Shown: positions 30,137-40,499, numbered from the stretch's first letter. The stretch: DNA of 64,000 nucleotides from Candidatus Poriferisocius sp. (GCF_965202595.1 NZ_OZ241836.1:932202-996201); one strand, 5' to 3'. Notes: generated by a model not told the origin, from the letters alone. A program made the numbers and translations.

Positions 30137-30160
30137 TTGAATTACACGGTTGGAATTCAA
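30137..30160. promoter_or_regulatory. Palindrome TTGAATT-N10-AATTCAA upstream of the CBASS operon
   Basis: Perfect 7-bp arms at 30137-30143 and 30154-30160, about 200 bp upstream of the cap5-like start, in an AT-rich leader. Confidence 0.25.
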
Positions 30161-30285
30161 GCATATCGGCCCTCTCAAACAATCACACCTGATTTTTAGA
30201 AAATTTGTGAGGAGGGAGTAGATGAGGTTCAGTGTGCGTGAAGTGGGTTGATGGGAATCACCACCATCAGGCTCGACTACGAGGA

Positions 30286-30328
30286 CTAGGTGTAACCCTT
30301 ATGGAGGTTGTTGACAGTTCGGTTGGGG
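30286..30328 (+). repeat. Dispersed repeat E copy (forward) at the right island boundary
   Basis: ctaggtgtaacccttatggaggttgttgacagttcggttgggg is near-identical to 54690-54733. Confidence 0.85.
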
Positions 30329-30340
30329 GTCGCTCTGCTG

Positions 30341-31594
30341 CTAGTACGTGGCGATGTACTCGGGGTGGAAGGCGTAGGAGGTGGAGTCGGCGGGTGCGGC
30401 TTCCAGGGGTACTGCCAACTCTGAGAATGTGGGTCCCACCTGTGCGGCCCGATCGTTCAGCGCGCTGAGGTTGAATCCGTACAGGGATGCGGCGTTTTCA
30501 CCCAGCATGGCCCGGGTTTCGCCGGCGGGTACCTCGGCAAAGGTGGCTCGTAGGGCCTCGCGGCTGTGGGGGGTGGTGCCTTCCCTGTGGGGGTAGTCGC
30601 TGCCCCACATGATGCGGTGCACACCCACGTCGTAGCGATGCGGCATCTCGTGGGGCTGGCAGAAGCTGGCCCCCAGCCAGCAATTCCGGGCGATGTGTTC
30701 CGATGGCAGCATCGAGCGGGAAACCATCTCCTGGTTGTCGAATCGAACGGTCTGCTTGTTGGGGTCGACCAGGGTTTCGAACTTGGTGTCCAGTGCGACC
30801 TTCAGCCGGGACAGCCAGCTAGGGCCACCTTGCTCGGTGATCACGTACCTCAACCCGGGATGGCGCTCGAACACACCCCCCAGCACCAGGTGCCATAGGG
30901 TGCGATGCGACCAGAAGCCGTACTCGTAGATGAGCACGGGCAGGGTAGCCGGGTCTGCGGGCAGGGTGGGTGCCCCTCCTCTGGCGTGGGTCACCACCGG
31001 AAAACCGGCCTCCGCGCACAGCCGCCAGATGGGGTCGTAGAGCCGGCGGTAAACCGGCTCGAGCGTGTTCGGGGGAACCGAGGGAAACAGCACCCCGCAC
31101 AGGCCGGGCTGGCCCAACGCCCATTCGATCTCACCAACCGCGTCCTCGACCACGTTGGGGAACACTTGGATCAGGCCCCGCCTGAACCCCGCGGCTTCGG
31201 CGCAGAAGTCCACCAACCAGCGGTTGTGGGCCCGCAAGCCGGCCCAGCGTCGCCGGTATTCCCCTTCGTTGGCAGGAAGCGTTCCGGCCAGGTGGGGCTC
31301 GGGATAGAACGGTGGGCTGGTGTTGGGAAACACCACCTCGGCCACAATGCCGTCGGCTTCCAACTCGCCCCGCCGCCGGTCGGTGTTCCAGTTCCGGTTG
31401 GCATCCTCATCGAGCAGGTCGGGCCATTCGGTCGAATGATCGTCGGCCCAAGCGTCGAACTCCTCATGCAGATCGGACTCCAGGTACCAGCGGTAGCCAC
31501 GAAGGTCGGCTCCACCATGGGTATCGGCAGAAACGATTGTCACCCGCTCGCCACCAGCCGGTGCCTCGAATCCACGCGGATGTTCGGAGCTCAC
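30341..31594 (-). CDS. Amidohydrolase-2 family metal-dependent hydrolase
   Basis: N-terminal ...VSADTHGG... and C-terminal ...WGSDYPHREG... motifs. Confidence 0.7.
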   Translation of the reverse strand: MSSEHPRGFEAPAGGERVTIVSADTHGGADLRGYRWYLESDLHEEFDAWADDHSTEWPDLLDEDANRNWNTDRRRGELEADGIVAEVVFPNTSPPFYPEPHLAGTLPANEGEYRRRWAGLRAHNRWLVDFCAEAAGFRRGLIQVFPNVVEDAVGEIEWALGQPGLCGVLFPSVPPNTLEPVYRRLYDPIWRLCAEAGFPVVTHARGGAPTLPADPATLPVLIYEYGFWSHRTLWHLVLGGVFERHPGLRYVITEQGGPSWLSRLKVALDTKFETLVDPNKQTVRFDNQEMVSRSMLPSEHIARNCWLGASFCQPHEMPHRYDVGVHRIMWGSDYPHREGTTPHSREALRATFAEVPAGETRAMLGENAASLYGFNLSALNDRAAQVGPTFSELAVPLEAAPADSTSYAFHPEYIATY

Positions 31595-31701
31595 CCCGCG
31601 AACCCTACCGGTTTTGCCAGAGGCGCCTGGCAGGGGGGCGGGGGGCTCGACGGGACTCCATCCCGCCTAAACCGGAAGGTTTCGCCGGGGCTGCTCGGGG
31701 A

Positions 31702-32454
31702 TTAGCGGCAGATCATTCCGCCGTCCACCACCATTGTGTTGCCCGACACCCATCGGGCCTCGTCGCTGCATAGCCAGACTGCGGCCTCGGCCACCTCCTC
31801 GGGTTGACCCAGGCGACGGCCCGGCATGTGCTGGATCACCGCCTCGGCCATTTCCGGGCTGGATTCCCGCCAGGATGCCACCATGGGGGTGTCGATCATG
31901 CCCGGGCACACCGAGTTGACCCGGATCCCCTGGTTGTTCAGCTCGTCGGCCGCGTGGGTGGTCAGCCCCAGCACGCCCCGCTTGGCCGCGGTGTAGTGAG
32001 GTTGGCCGGGTGCGGGCACGATGGCCGCCCCCGAAGCGGTGTTGACGATGGCCCCACCGTCACCTTGGGCCAGCATCTGGATTATCTCGTGCTTCATGCA
32101 CAGGAACACCGAGGTCAGGTTCACCACGATCATCTCGTTCCACTGGTCCAGGGTGAGTTCGTGGAACGGCCGGGATGGGTGGGTGATGCCCGCGTTGTTG
32201 AAGGCGCAATCCAGCTTCCCGAACTCGCCCACCGTGGCCGCCACCAGCTCCTCCACCCCGGCCTCGTCGGTCACGTCGGTGGCGAAGAACCGGCCCCGGC
32301 CACCCCCGGCCTCGATCATGGCTACGGTCTCCGCCCCGCCGCCGAGGTCAAGGTCGGCCACCGCCACCCCGGCCCCCCGGTGGGCGAACAGCACCGCCGC
32401 CGCCCGGCCGATCCCGCTGCCACCCCCGGTCACCAGGGCCACCTTGCCCCTCAT
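31702..32454 (-). CDS. SDR family oxidoreductase
   Basis: MRGKVALVTGGGSGIGRA and YTAAKRGV (YxxxK). The track ORF extends to 32649 through an in-frame 33-bp repeat array. Whether that extension is translated is unresolved. Confidence 0.8.
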   Translation of the reverse strand: MRGKVALVTGGGSGIGRAAAVLFAHRGAGVAVADLDLGGGAETVAMIEAGGGRGRFFATDVTDEAGVEELVAATVGEFGKLDCAFNNAGITHPSRPFHELTLDQWNEMIVVNLTSVFLCMKHEIIQMLAQGDGGAIVNTASGAAIVPAPGQPHYTAAKRGVLGLTTHAADELNNQGIRVNSVCPGMIDTPMVASWRESSPEMAEAVIQHMPGRRLGQPEEVAEAAVWLCSDEARWVSGNTMVVDGGMICR

Positions 32455-32463
32455 GGGGTCGTC

Positions 32464-32595
32464 CTTCTGGGGGTTTGCGTCCCTGGTGGGGTTGTTCTTC
32501 TGGGGGTTTGCGTCCCTGGTGGGGTTGTTCTTCTGGGGGTTTGCGTCCCTGGTGGGGTTGTTCTTCTTGGGATTTGCGTCCCTGGTGGGAGCTCG
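32464..32595. repeat. 33-bp tandem repeat x4 directly upstream of the SDR core
   Basis: The unit cttctgggggtttgcgtccctggtggggttgtt is found at 32464, 32497 and 32530, with a variant at 32563. If translated it encodes (PTRDANPQKNN)x4. Confidence 0.9.
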
Positions 32596-32688
32596 CTTGC
32601 TGATGATGTCACCATGACGGCATAAGGTAGGCCGAGATGGCATCGGCACACTAGATGTCGCCCGGTGCCGGTAAGCGAAAGGACATTT

Positions 32689-33786
32689 ATGACCATCTCC
32701 TCATGGGACGAGTTCCCGGTTCACCAATCCCCCGACTGGATCCGCAACGTCAGCACCTCCGACCGGAACTTCTACGACCGCAACTACTTCTGCCTGCACG
32801 GTTCCAGCGGCGAGCTGTTCGCCATCTTCGGGATGGGCCAGTACCCGAATCTGGGGGTTCAGGATGCCTTCTGCTGCGTGCGCCGGGGGGATGAGCATCA
32901 TGTGGTTCGGGGCTCCCGGCCGCTCACCGACCGTATGGACATGTCGGTCGGCCCCATGCGCATCGAGGTGATCGTGCCCCTCCAAAAGGTGCGCTTCATC
33001 GTGGAGCCCAGCGAGCACACCATTGCCATGGATGTGACCTGGGATGCCGCCATCCGGGCCATCGAGGAGCCCAACCAGTTCATTCGTCAGGAGGGGCGGG
33101 TGGTGTTCAACACCCAGCGTTTCGCCCAACTCGGCCGGTGGGAGGGTACCCTGTCGGTGGGGGGCGAGGATTATGCCGTCACCCCCGACCGCTGGGGCGG
33201 GGCCCGCGACCGCTCGTGGGGTATCCGGCCGGTGGGCGAACCCGAGGGCGACGGCATACGCCAGGGTGTCAACGTGATGTCGGGCATGTGGAACTACTTC
33301 CCCATGATGTTCGACGACCATGCCGTGTTGTACATGAACAACGAGCGCGACGACGGTCACCGGAGGCTGGTGGAGGCCAGGCGGGTGTGGGCCGACGGTC
33401 GCCCCGACGAGGACCTGGGCCGTCCCGAGCACGACCACACCTTCGAGTCGGGCACCCGGGTGCTGACCCACTCCACCATCACCTTTCCCGAGGCCGGGAT
33501 CCAGATCGACTGCCAACCCCTGCTGGTCAACTTCGTATCGGTGGGTACCGGTTACGGCATGGATGCCGACTGGCGCCACGGCATGTACCAGGGGCCGGAT
33601 CTGGTGGTGCAGGGCAAGGTGCTGAGCGTGGAATCCGAGGTCAAGCCGATCGGCCAGTACGGGGTGGTGGATCATGTGGCCCGCTACAGCTATGACGGCA
33701 ATGTGGGCTACGGGTTGTACGAGCACGGCTTCTTCGGGCCCTTTCACCGTTACGGGCTGACCGACGCGGCCGCGGTGGCCCCCTGA
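32689..33786 (+). CDS. Conserved hypothetical protein
   Basis: A long ORF with backbone-like codon usage. AAAGGA lies upstream of the ATG at 32689 ([13 protein letters not shown]). I recognise no motif. Confidence 0.55.
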   Translation: MTISSWDEFPVHQSPDWIRNVSTSDRNFYDRNYFCLHGSSGELFAIFGMGQYPNLGVQDAFCCVRRGDEHHVVRGSRPLTDRMDMSVGPMRIEVIVPLQKVRFIVEPSEHTIAMDVTWDAAIRAIEEPNQFIRQEGRVVFNTQRFAQLGRWEGTLSVGGEDYAVTPDRWGGARDRSWGIRPVGEPEGDGIRQGVNVMSGMWNYFPMMFDDHAVLYMNNERDDGHRRLVEARRVWADGRPDEDLGRPEHDHTFESGTRVLTHSTITFPEAGIQIDCQPLLVNFVSVGTGYGMDADWRHGMYQGPDLVVQGKVLSVESEVKPIGQYGVVDHVARYSYDGNVGYGLYEHGFFGPFHRYGLTDAAAVAP

Positions 33787-33803
33787 GCCGGACCGGTAAG
33801 GTT

Positions 33804-36731
33804 GTGGTGTCGCTCGTTCCGCCTCCCGTGGGCCTGGTTCATCTGGAGAACCCCGACGAGTTTCGGGCCCGCCACATCGGGCCCAGCCCGCAGGATCGGG
33901 CCGCGATGCTGTCCGAGCTGGGTTTCGAAAGCCTGGATGCCCTCGTGGACGCGGCGGTGCCCCCCAACATCCGCTCCGACGGCCCCCTGGAGTTGCCGCC
34001 ACCGATGACCGAGGCTGCCACCACAGAGGCCCTGAGGACCCTGGCCGATCGCAACCAGGTGGTCACCTCACTGATAGGCATGGGCTACTACGACACCTTC
34101 ACCCCGCCGGTGATCCGCCGCAACGTGCTGGAGAACCCCGCCTGGTACACCGCCTACACCCCGTACCAGCCGGAGATCTCCCAGGGCCGCCTGGAGGCGC
34201 TGATCAATTTCCAGACCATGGTCACCGATCTGTGCGCCATGGGCATGGCCAACGCCTCGCTGCTGGACGAGGGCACCGCGGCGGCCGAGGCCATGACGCT
34301 GTTGCGACGTGTCAACCGCAAGGCCCCCGGCGACCGGTTCATCGTGGATGCCGATACCCATCCCCAGACGATTGGGGTGATAAGAACCCGGGCCGAACCG
34401 CTGGGCATCGAGGTGGTGGTTGCCGATCTGGAGCAGGCCAACGTCGAACAGCTCGCGGCCGGGGCGTTCGGGATGCTGGTCTCCTACCCCGCCGGCTCGG
34501 GGCGTATCTGCGACCTGAGTTCGTTGATCGCCGCCGCTCACAACGAGAACGCCATGGTGGTGGTGGCCACCGACCTTTTGGCCCTGTGCTTGCTAACACC
34601 CCCGGGGAGGCTGGGGGCCGATGCGGTGGTGGGATCGTCGCAGCGCTTCGGGGTGCCGCTGGGTTTCGGCGGCCCCCACGCCGGGTTCATCGCGGTACCC
34701 GAGTCGGCAATGCGGTCGCTGCCCGGCCGCCTGGCCGGTGTGTCGGTGGACGACTCCGGGGCGGTGGCCTACCGGTTGACCCTCCAAACCCGGGAGCAGC
34801 ACATCCGCCGGGAACGGGCCACCAGCAACATCTGCACCGCCCAGGTTCTGCTGGCGGTGATGGCCTCCATGTACGCGGTTTACCACGGTCCCGAGGGTCT
34901 GGCTCGTATCGCCCGGCGGGTCCACCGGCTCACCGCCATAGCGGCCGCCCGGTTGCGCCAGTCCGGTTACGAGATCGCGGCCGAGCACTTCTTCGACACC
35001 GTCACCGTCGAGGTGCCGGGCCGGGCCGCCGAGATCATGGCCGCGGCCCGGGCCGAGGGGCTCAACCTGCGTCCCGTGGACGGCGATACCGTGGGGTTCT
35101 CTCTGGATGAAACCACCACCCGGGCCACGGTGGTCGCCCTGTGGCGGGCTTTCGGGATCGAGGCCGATGTTGCCGACCTGGACACCCTGGATGCCGCCAC
35201 CCCCGATGCCCTGCCCCCCGGCAGTATCAGAAACCGCGACTACCTGACCCATCCGACCTTCAACCGTTACCACAGCGAGACCGAGATGCTGCGCTACCTG
35301 CGCCACCTGGCCTCCAAGGATCTGGCCCTGGATCGCACCATGATCCCGCTGGGATCGTGCACCATGAAGCTCAACGCCACCTCTCAGATGGAGCCGGTGA
35401 GCTGGCCCGAGTTCGCCCGGATTCACCCGTTCGCGCCGCAGGATCAGACCGCGGGTTACCGGACCATGATTGCCGATCTGGAACGGATGCTGGTGGCCAT
35501 CACCGGTTACGCCGCGGTGTCGCTCCAACCCAACGCCGGATCACAGGGCGAGCTGGCAGGGCTGCTTGCCATCCGGGCCTATCACCGCGCCCGGGGCCAG
35601 TCGCAGCGCGAGGTGTGCCTCATCCCCGCCTCGGCCCACGGCACCAACGCGGCCAGCGCTGTCATGGCCGGTATGCGGGTGGTGGTGGTGGGCTGCGATG
35701 GCGACGGCAACGTGGATATGAACGATCTCAGGGCCAGGGTCACCGAGTGCGGCGACCGGCTCAGCACCCTGATGATCACCTACCCGTCCACCCACGGGGT
35801 GTACGAAGCCACCGTGGTCGAGGTGTGCGACCTCATCCACGCCTCCGGGGGCCAGGTGTACCTGGACGGTGCCAACCTGAACGCCCTGATGGGGGTGGCT
35901 CAGCCGGGACGATTCGGTGCCGATGTGTCCCATCTGAACCTGCACAAGACCTTCTGCATTCCCCACGGCGGTGGCGGGCCGGGAGTGGGCCCGGTGGCGG
36001 TCGGTGCCCACCTGGCCCCCTACCTGCCCAACCATCCGGTTGTGGCCGGGGTCGGGCCCACCACCGGGGTGGGCGCGATCTCGGCCGCCCCCTGGGGATC
36101 GGCCGGCATCCTGCCCATCTCCTGGGCCTACATCACCGCGATGGGGGGCGAGGGCCTGACCGAGTCCACCGGGGTGGCCCTGCTCAACGCCAACTACCTG
36201 GCCGCCCGCCTCAACAGCCTGTTCCCCGTGCTCTACACCGGCAACAACGGCCTGGTGGCCCACGAGTGCATCATCGATCTGCGACCCCTGCACGCCCTCA
36301 CGGGGGTAACCGTTGAGGACGTGGCCAAGAGGCTCATCGACTTCGGCTTCCACGCTCCCACCGTCTCGTTCCCGGTGGCGGGAACCCTCATGGTCGAGCC
36401 CACCGAGTCGGAGTCCAAGGCGGAGCTCGACCGCTTCGTGGCCGCCATGGCCGCAATCCGCGCCGAGATCGACCAGGTGGCCGGTGGGCTGGTGGCCATG
36501 GACGAAAGCCCCCTGCGCCACGCCCCCCACACAGCGGTCGCCATAGCCGCCGGCGGCTGGGACCGCCCCTACAGCCGGGAGCAAGCCGCTTTCGCCCTGC
36601 CCGAGATACGGGCCGGCAAGTACTGGCCCCCCGTGGGCCGGATCGACGGTGCCCATGGCGACAAGAACGTTTTCTGCGCCTGCCCGCCGATCCAAGAACT
36701 ATCCCAACCCTCACCAACCAAGGAGAGCTAG
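33804..36731 (+). CDS. gcvP: Glycine dehydrogenase (decarboxylating), glycine cleavage P protein
   Basis: 975 aa. The sequence contains FRARHIGPS...MLSELGF, ...[14 protein letters not shown]... and a PLP-lysine region ...[16 protein letters not shown]... Confidence 0.95.
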   Translation: MVSLVPPPVGLVHLENPDEFRARHIGPSPQDRAAMLSELGFESLDALVDAAVPPNIRSDGPLELPPPMTEAATTEALRTLADRNQVVTSLIGMGYYDTFTPPVIRRNVLENPAWYTAYTPYQPEISQGRLEALINFQTMVTDLCAMGMANASLLDEGTAAAEAMTLLRRVNRKAPGDRFIVDADTHPQTIGVIRTRAEPLGIEVVVADLEQANVEQLAAGAFGMLVSYPAGSGRICDLSSLIAAAHNENAMVVVATDLLALCLLTPPGRLGADAVVGSSQRFGVPLGFGGPHAGFIAVPESAMRSLPGRLAGVSVDDSGAVAYRLTLQTREQHIRRERATSNICTAQVLLAVMASMYAVYHGPEGLARIARRVHRLTAIAAARLRQSGYEIAAEHFFDTVTVEVPGRAAEIMAAARAEGLNLRPVDGDTVGFSLDETTTRATVVALWRAFGIEADVADLDTLDAATPDALPPGSIRNRDYLTHPTFNRYHSETEMLRYLRHLASKDLALDRTMIPLGSCTMKLNATSQMEPVSWPEFARIHPFAPQDQTAGYRTMIADLERMLVAITGYAAVSLQPNAGSQGELAGLLAIRAYHRARGQSQREVCLIPASAHGTNAASAVMAGMRVVVVGCDGDGNVDMNDLRARVTECGDRLSTLMITYPSTHGVYEATVVEVCDLIHASGGQVYLDGANLNALMGVAQPGRFGADVSHLNLHKTFCIPHGGGGPGVGPVAVGAHLAPYLPNHPVVAGVGPTTGVGAISAAPWGSAGILPISWAYITAMGGEGLTESTGVALLNANYLAARLNSLFPVLYTGNNGLVAHECIIDLRPLHALTGVTVEDVAKRLIDFGFHAPTVSFPVAGTLMVEPTESESKAELDRFVAAMAAIRAEIDQVAGGLVAMDESPLRHAPHTAVAIAAGGWDRPYSREQAAFALPEIRAGKYWPPVGRIDGAHGDKNVFCACPPIQELSQPSPTKES

Positions 36732-36733
36732 CG

Positions 36734-37534
36734 ATGCCCGATGCCATAGTCGAACGTGAAGGCCCAATCGTCATCATCACGATGAACCGCCCCGAGAGGT
36801 ACAACGCGCTGTCCGGGGCGATGCTGGTGAGGATGTACGACGCCTACCAGGAGGCATCCAGCAACGACGACGTTCGCTGCATCATCGTCACCGGTGCCGG
36901 GGGCAACTTCAGCTCGGGTGCCGATCTGAAGGCCATGAGCGGCAACTCCGGCAACGCCGACCCCGAAATCGATGTGGAGGCCCGCATGGCCGCCGATCCC
37001 GAAATCCACTGGAAGGCGCTGCTGCGCAGCTATCGCCCCACCAAACCGATCATTGCCGCGGTGGAGGGGGTGGCCATCGCCGGAGGCACCGAGATCCTCC
37101 AGGCCATGGACATCCGGGTGGCCGGCGAGAGCGCCCGGTTCGGGGTGTCCGAGGCCCGCTGGTCGCTGTACCCCATGGGTGGCTCCGCGGTTCGGCTTCG
37201 CCGCCAGATCCCCTACACCCATGCTGCGGAGATCCTGCTCACCGGCAAGCACATCACCGCCACCGAGGCGGCCCGGATGGGCCTCATCGGCCATGTGGTG
37301 CCCGACGGCCAGGCTCTGGCCAAGGCCAGGGAGATCGCCGCCACGATCTGCGATAACGGCCCGCTGGCCGTGGAGGCCATCCTGCGCACCCTGCACGAGA
37401 CCGACGGCATGACCGAGGAGCAGGCTCTGGCCCACGAGTTCGAGTACGGCTGGGCGGTGTTCCAAAGCGAGGACTCCAAGGAGGGGCCTCGGGCATTCAG
37501 CGAGAAGCGCAAGCCGAACTTCAAGCGCAGCTAA
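36734..37534 (+). CDS. Enoyl-CoA hydratase/isomerase (crotonase) family
   Basis: ...[12 protein letters not shown]...[17 protein letters not shown]... Confidence 0.85.
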   Translation: MPDAIVEREGPIVIITMNRPERYNALSGAMLVRMYDAYQEASSNDDVRCIIVTGAGGNFSSGADLKAMSGNSGNADPEIDVEARMAADPEIHWKALLRSYRPTKPIIAAVEGVAIAGGTEILQAMDIRVAGESARFGVSEARWSLYPMGGSAVRLRRQIPYTHAAEILLTGKHITATEAARMGLIGHVVPDGQALAKAREIAATICDNGPLAVEAILRTLHETDGMTEEQALAHEFEYGWAVFQSEDSKEGPRAFSEKRKPNFKRS

Positions 37535-37570
37535 GCGCAGCTAAGCGCAGCTAAGCGCAGCTAAGCGGAG
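37524..37570. repeat. 10-bp tandem repeat (aagcgcagct x4 plus a partial copy) copying the stop-codon region
   Basis: aagcgcagct is found at 37524, 37534, 37544 and 37554, then aagcggaggt. The gene's TAA is at 37532-37534. Confidence 0.9.
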
Positions 37571-37611
37571 GTGGACATGGCCGCAGACATGGTGTCCAAG
37601 CGCAGGTAAAC

Positions 37612-38433
37612 ATGGCAATTGCCGTCTTCGATATCCACCACCATGTGGGCGATGCCTCCGGGGCTTTGGGGTTGCCTCCCGAGCAGGCCCCCGATCCTGA
37701 GGCCTATGCCGCTCTGGAACTGGCCAAGCGCATCGAGATCATGGACACCGGTGGCGTGGATCAGGCCGCGGTGATCCCCGGCCACGGTTACCCGCGGCCC
37801 AACGGTCACGCCGATACCCGGGCAGTGAACGACCGCATTGCCGCCTACCGCGACGCAACGCCGAGCCGCTTCCCGGTGGCCATCGGCATCGTGGAGCCTC
37901 GCGACGGCGACCTCAGCCTGGGCGAGTTGGAGCGGGCCGCCGGGCCGCTCGGCCTGGTCGGGATGAGCTTCCATACCCGCTTTCAGGGGGTGAGCCTCGA
38001 CAACCACTGGGTGTCCACCTATGTGGGGGCCATGGGCGAGCTGGGCCTGCTGCCGGTGATCCACGCGCTGGATGAGACCGCCGAGGAGTCCTTGTGGAAG
38101 GTGGGTTTGCTCGCCTCCCGTCACCCGGATCTCACCATGCTGGTGCTCGACGGCTACTCCACCCACGAGGGCACCAAGCACTGTGGCCACCTGGCCGCGA
38201 CCCATCCCAATCTGGTGTTCGATTGCAGCCTCTCCTACAACTTCGACTTCATCGCCGACCACGTGCGCGCCCACGGTGCCCACCGCTACGTCTACGGCAC
38301 CGACCTTTACTCCTGGCCCCTGGGGCGGCGCATCAGCCACATCCTGGGCCAGCTTCTGGAGTCCGATCTCCCCGACGAGGCCAAGGCTGCGGTAGCCGGC
38401 GACAATGCCCGCCGCCTGCTGGGGCTGTGCTGA
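37612..38433 (+). CDS. Amidohydrolase-2 family protein
   Basis: MAIAVFDIHHHVG (HxH) and ...YGTDLYSWP... Confidence 0.7.
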   Translation: MAIAVFDIHHHVGDASGALGLPPEQAPDPEAYAALELAKRIEIMDTGGVDQAAVIPGHGYPRPNGHADTRAVNDRIAAYRDATPSRFPVAIGIVEPRDGDLSLGELERAAGPLGLVGMSFHTRFQGVSLDNHWVSTYVGAMGELGLLPVIHALDETAEESLWKVGLLASRHPDLTMLVLDGYSTHEGTKHCGHLAATHPNLVFDCSLSYNFDFIADHVRAHGAHRYVYGTDLYSWPLGRRISHILGQLLESDLPDEAKAAVAGDNARRLLGLC

Positions 38434-38502
38434 TGACAATGCCCGCCGCCTGCTGGGGCTGTGCTGATGACAATGCCCGCCGCTTGCTGGGGTTGTGCTG
38501 AT
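38401..38502. repeat. 34-bp tandem repeat x3 duplicating the last 10 codons plus the stop
   Basis: gacaatgcccgccgcctgctggggctgtgctgat is found at 38401 and 38435, with a variant at 38469. The unit encodes DNARRLLGLC*. Confidence 0.9.
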
Positions 38503-38516
38503 CTAGTCTCTGATCC

Positions 38517-39719
38517 ATGACCGTCACCCTCGATGAGTTCCGGGAGCGGGCCCGGGAGTTCCTGGCCGCCAACTGCGTTCCCCGAAACGACCCCCCTGTT
38601 GAACGCAGCGAGGCCGACTATGTGGCGGAGTGCCGCCGGTTCCACCAGGCGCTGGCCGATGCCGGGCTGGGGGGCATCACCTACCCGGTGGCCTACGGCG
38701 GGTTGGGACTCGACAAAACCTACCTGGAGGTGTTCAACCGGGAGCTGTCCCAGTACCAGGCACCGCTGGTACCCGCGGCCATCTCCCACGGCATGTGCCT
38801 GCCGGTGATGAACGATTTCGGCACTCCCGAGCAGCGGACCCGCTACCAGGCCCGGATCATCCGGTGCGACGACATATGGTGCCAGATGTTCTCCGAGCCC
38901 GGTGCCGGGTCGGACGTGGCCTCGCTGGCCACCCGGGCGGTACGAGACGGCGACGAGTGGGTGCTGAACGGCCAAAAGGTATGGACCTCGGGGGCGCAGT
39001 ACTGCGAGTACGGGCTGTGCGTGGCCCGCACCGACCCGGCTCAGCCCAAGCATCGGGGGCTGTCCATGTTCATCGTGGATCTGTCGCTTCCCGGGGTGGA
39101 TATCAGGCCGCTGCGCCAGATCAACGGCAGCTCGCACTTCAACGAGATCTACCTGACCGATGTGAGGGTGGGCCATGACTGCCTGGTGGGGGATGAGGGC
39201 AACGGCTGGAACGTGGCCGTGGCCATGCTCATGTACGAGCGGGTGGCCATCGGTGCCGGCGGCTCCGGGGCCCTGGGAGGCACCATGACCAGCACCAAGC
39301 TGATCAAGGAGGCTCGTAGCCGGGGTCGCGCCGGCGATCCCGTGGTTCGCGATGCTCTGGCCGATCTCCACATCCGCGAGCGCATCCAGACTTTCATCGG
39401 CATGCGTATCCGCCAAGCCGCCGAGGCCGGGCGGGCACCGGGGCCCGAGGGTTCCATCGCCAAACTGAACGCCGCTCTGATAGGCCGCCGAGCTGCTGAT
39501 GTGGCCATGGAACTGGTGGGACCGTCGAGCCAGGCCTGGGAGGCGGCCGGTGACGACGGCGACCAGTGGGCCGGAGCGGTCATAGGGGCTCCGGCCATGG
39601 CCATTGCCGGGGGCACCAACGAGGTGCAGCGCAACATCATCGGCGAGCGGGTACTGGGTCTGCCCAAGGAACCCGACCCCTACAAGGGACAACCCTGGGA
39701 GCAGGTCCCCCGCTCCTGA
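38517..39719 (+). CDS. Acyl-CoA dehydrogenase
   Basis: ...CQMFSEPGAGSDVASL... and ...GGTNEVQRNIIGERVLGLP... Confidence 0.9.
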   Translation: MTVTLDEFRERAREFLAANCVPRNDPPVERSEADYVAECRRFHQALADAGLGGITYPVAYGGLGLDKTYLEVFNRELSQYQAPLVPAAISHGMCLPVMNDFGTPEQRTRYQARIIRCDDIWCQMFSEPGAGSDVASLATRAVRDGDEWVLNGQKVWTSGAQYCEYGLCVARTDPAQPKHRGLSMFIVDLSLPGVDIRPLRQINGSSHFNEIYLTDVRVGHDCLVGDEGNGWNVAVAMLMYERVAIGAGGSGALGGTMTSTKLIKEARSRGRAGDPVVRDALADLHIRERIQTFIGMRIRQAAEAGRAPGPEGSIAKLNAALIGRRAADVAMELVGPSSQAWEAAGDDGDQWAGAVIGAPAMAIAGGTNEVQRNIIGERVLGLPKEPDPYKGQPWEQVPRS

Positions 39720-39744
39720 TCGGCAAGAAAGGGTTAAGAAAGAG

Positions 39745-40356
39745 TTATTGCCCCGTCAACTCAGCCCAAACCCGGTCCACCGCTGCGGCCAGATCGGAGG
39801 GGCTGCCGCTGTTCACTATCACGTGGTCGGCCAGGGCTCGGCGCCGGGCATCGGTGGCCTGGCTGGCCATGCGGGCCCGGGCCTGCTCCTCGGTCAGACC
39901 CCGCTGGATGAGCCGGGGCAGGCGCACCGCCTCTGGGGCTTCCACCACCACCACCTTGGTATATCCCCGCCCCGACTCCAGACGCCCCAGCCGGCTCTCG
40001 GCCAGCACCGCCATGTCCAGGACCACCACCTGAACCTCTCCCCCGCCGGCCAGCTCCCCGAGCCGTTGGTCCAACTCGGCGTTGATGGCGGGATGGCTGA
40101 TCGCTTCCAGGGTCGCCAGACGGTCGGGGCGACCGAACACCTCGGCGGCCACCCGGGCCCGGTCGATGCGACCGTGCTCATCCAGTATCCCGGGGCCGAA
40201 AGCATCGATCACCCCTCGCTCGGCCCGTCCCCCGGGGGCCAGAACCTCCCGCCCGATGGCATCCACGTCGATCACCACCGCCCCCCGCTCGGCAAATCGC
40301 TCCGCAGCAGTGGATTTACCCGCGCCTATCCCCCCGGTCAGCCCCACTACCAGCAT
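39745..40356 (-). CDS. coaE: Dephospho-CoA kinase
   Basis: MLVVGLTGGIGAGKST P-loop, about 200 aa. Confidence 0.9.
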   Translation of the reverse strand: MLVVGLTGGIGAGKSTAAERFAERGAVVIDVDAIGREVLAPGGRAERGVIDAFGPGILDEHGRIDRARVAAEVFGRPDRLATLEAISHPAINAELDQRLGELAGGGEVQVVVLDMAVLAESRLGRLESGRGYTKVVVVEAPEAVRLPRLIQRGLTEEQARARMASQATDARRRALADHVIVNSGSPSDLAAAVDRVWAELTGQ

Positions 40357-40366
40357 GTCCGGGAGA

Positions 40367-40476
40367 CTACCCGTCCCGGATGGCCCGACCGGATTTGCTG
40401 CTTGTTTCCCTGGTGCTACCCGTCCCGGATGGCTGCTTGTTTCCCTGGTGCTACCCGTCCCGGATGGCCCGACCGG
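40367..40476. repeat. Nested tandem duplications (35-bp unit x2 plus flanking partial copies) in a divergent intergenic region
   Basis: gctgcttgtttccctggtgctacccgtcccggatg is found at 40397 and 40432. ctacccgtcccggatggcccgacc is also found at 40367 and 40451. Confidence 0.85.
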
Positions 40477-40499
40477 GCTGGAGCTGGCACACTTTGTTT

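Noticed and set aside
33787-33803. Glycine riboswitch upstream of gcvP
   Set aside because: Only 17 nt separate the upstream ORF stop from the gcvP start, which is too short for a riboswitch. No conserved aptamer sequence was recognised further upstream inside the preceding ORF.
32701-34002. 433-aa reverse-strand ORF overlapping the hypothetical gene and the gcvP start
   Set aside because: It is antisense to two well-supported forward genes. The sequence is Gly/Arg/Pro/His-rich and low in complexity, which is typical of spurious open frames in high-GC DNA. The same judgement applies to 35541-36695(-), 34593-35528(-), 47187-48557(+), 38307-39692(-), 40416-41564(-), 41638-42561(-) and 60521-61480(-).
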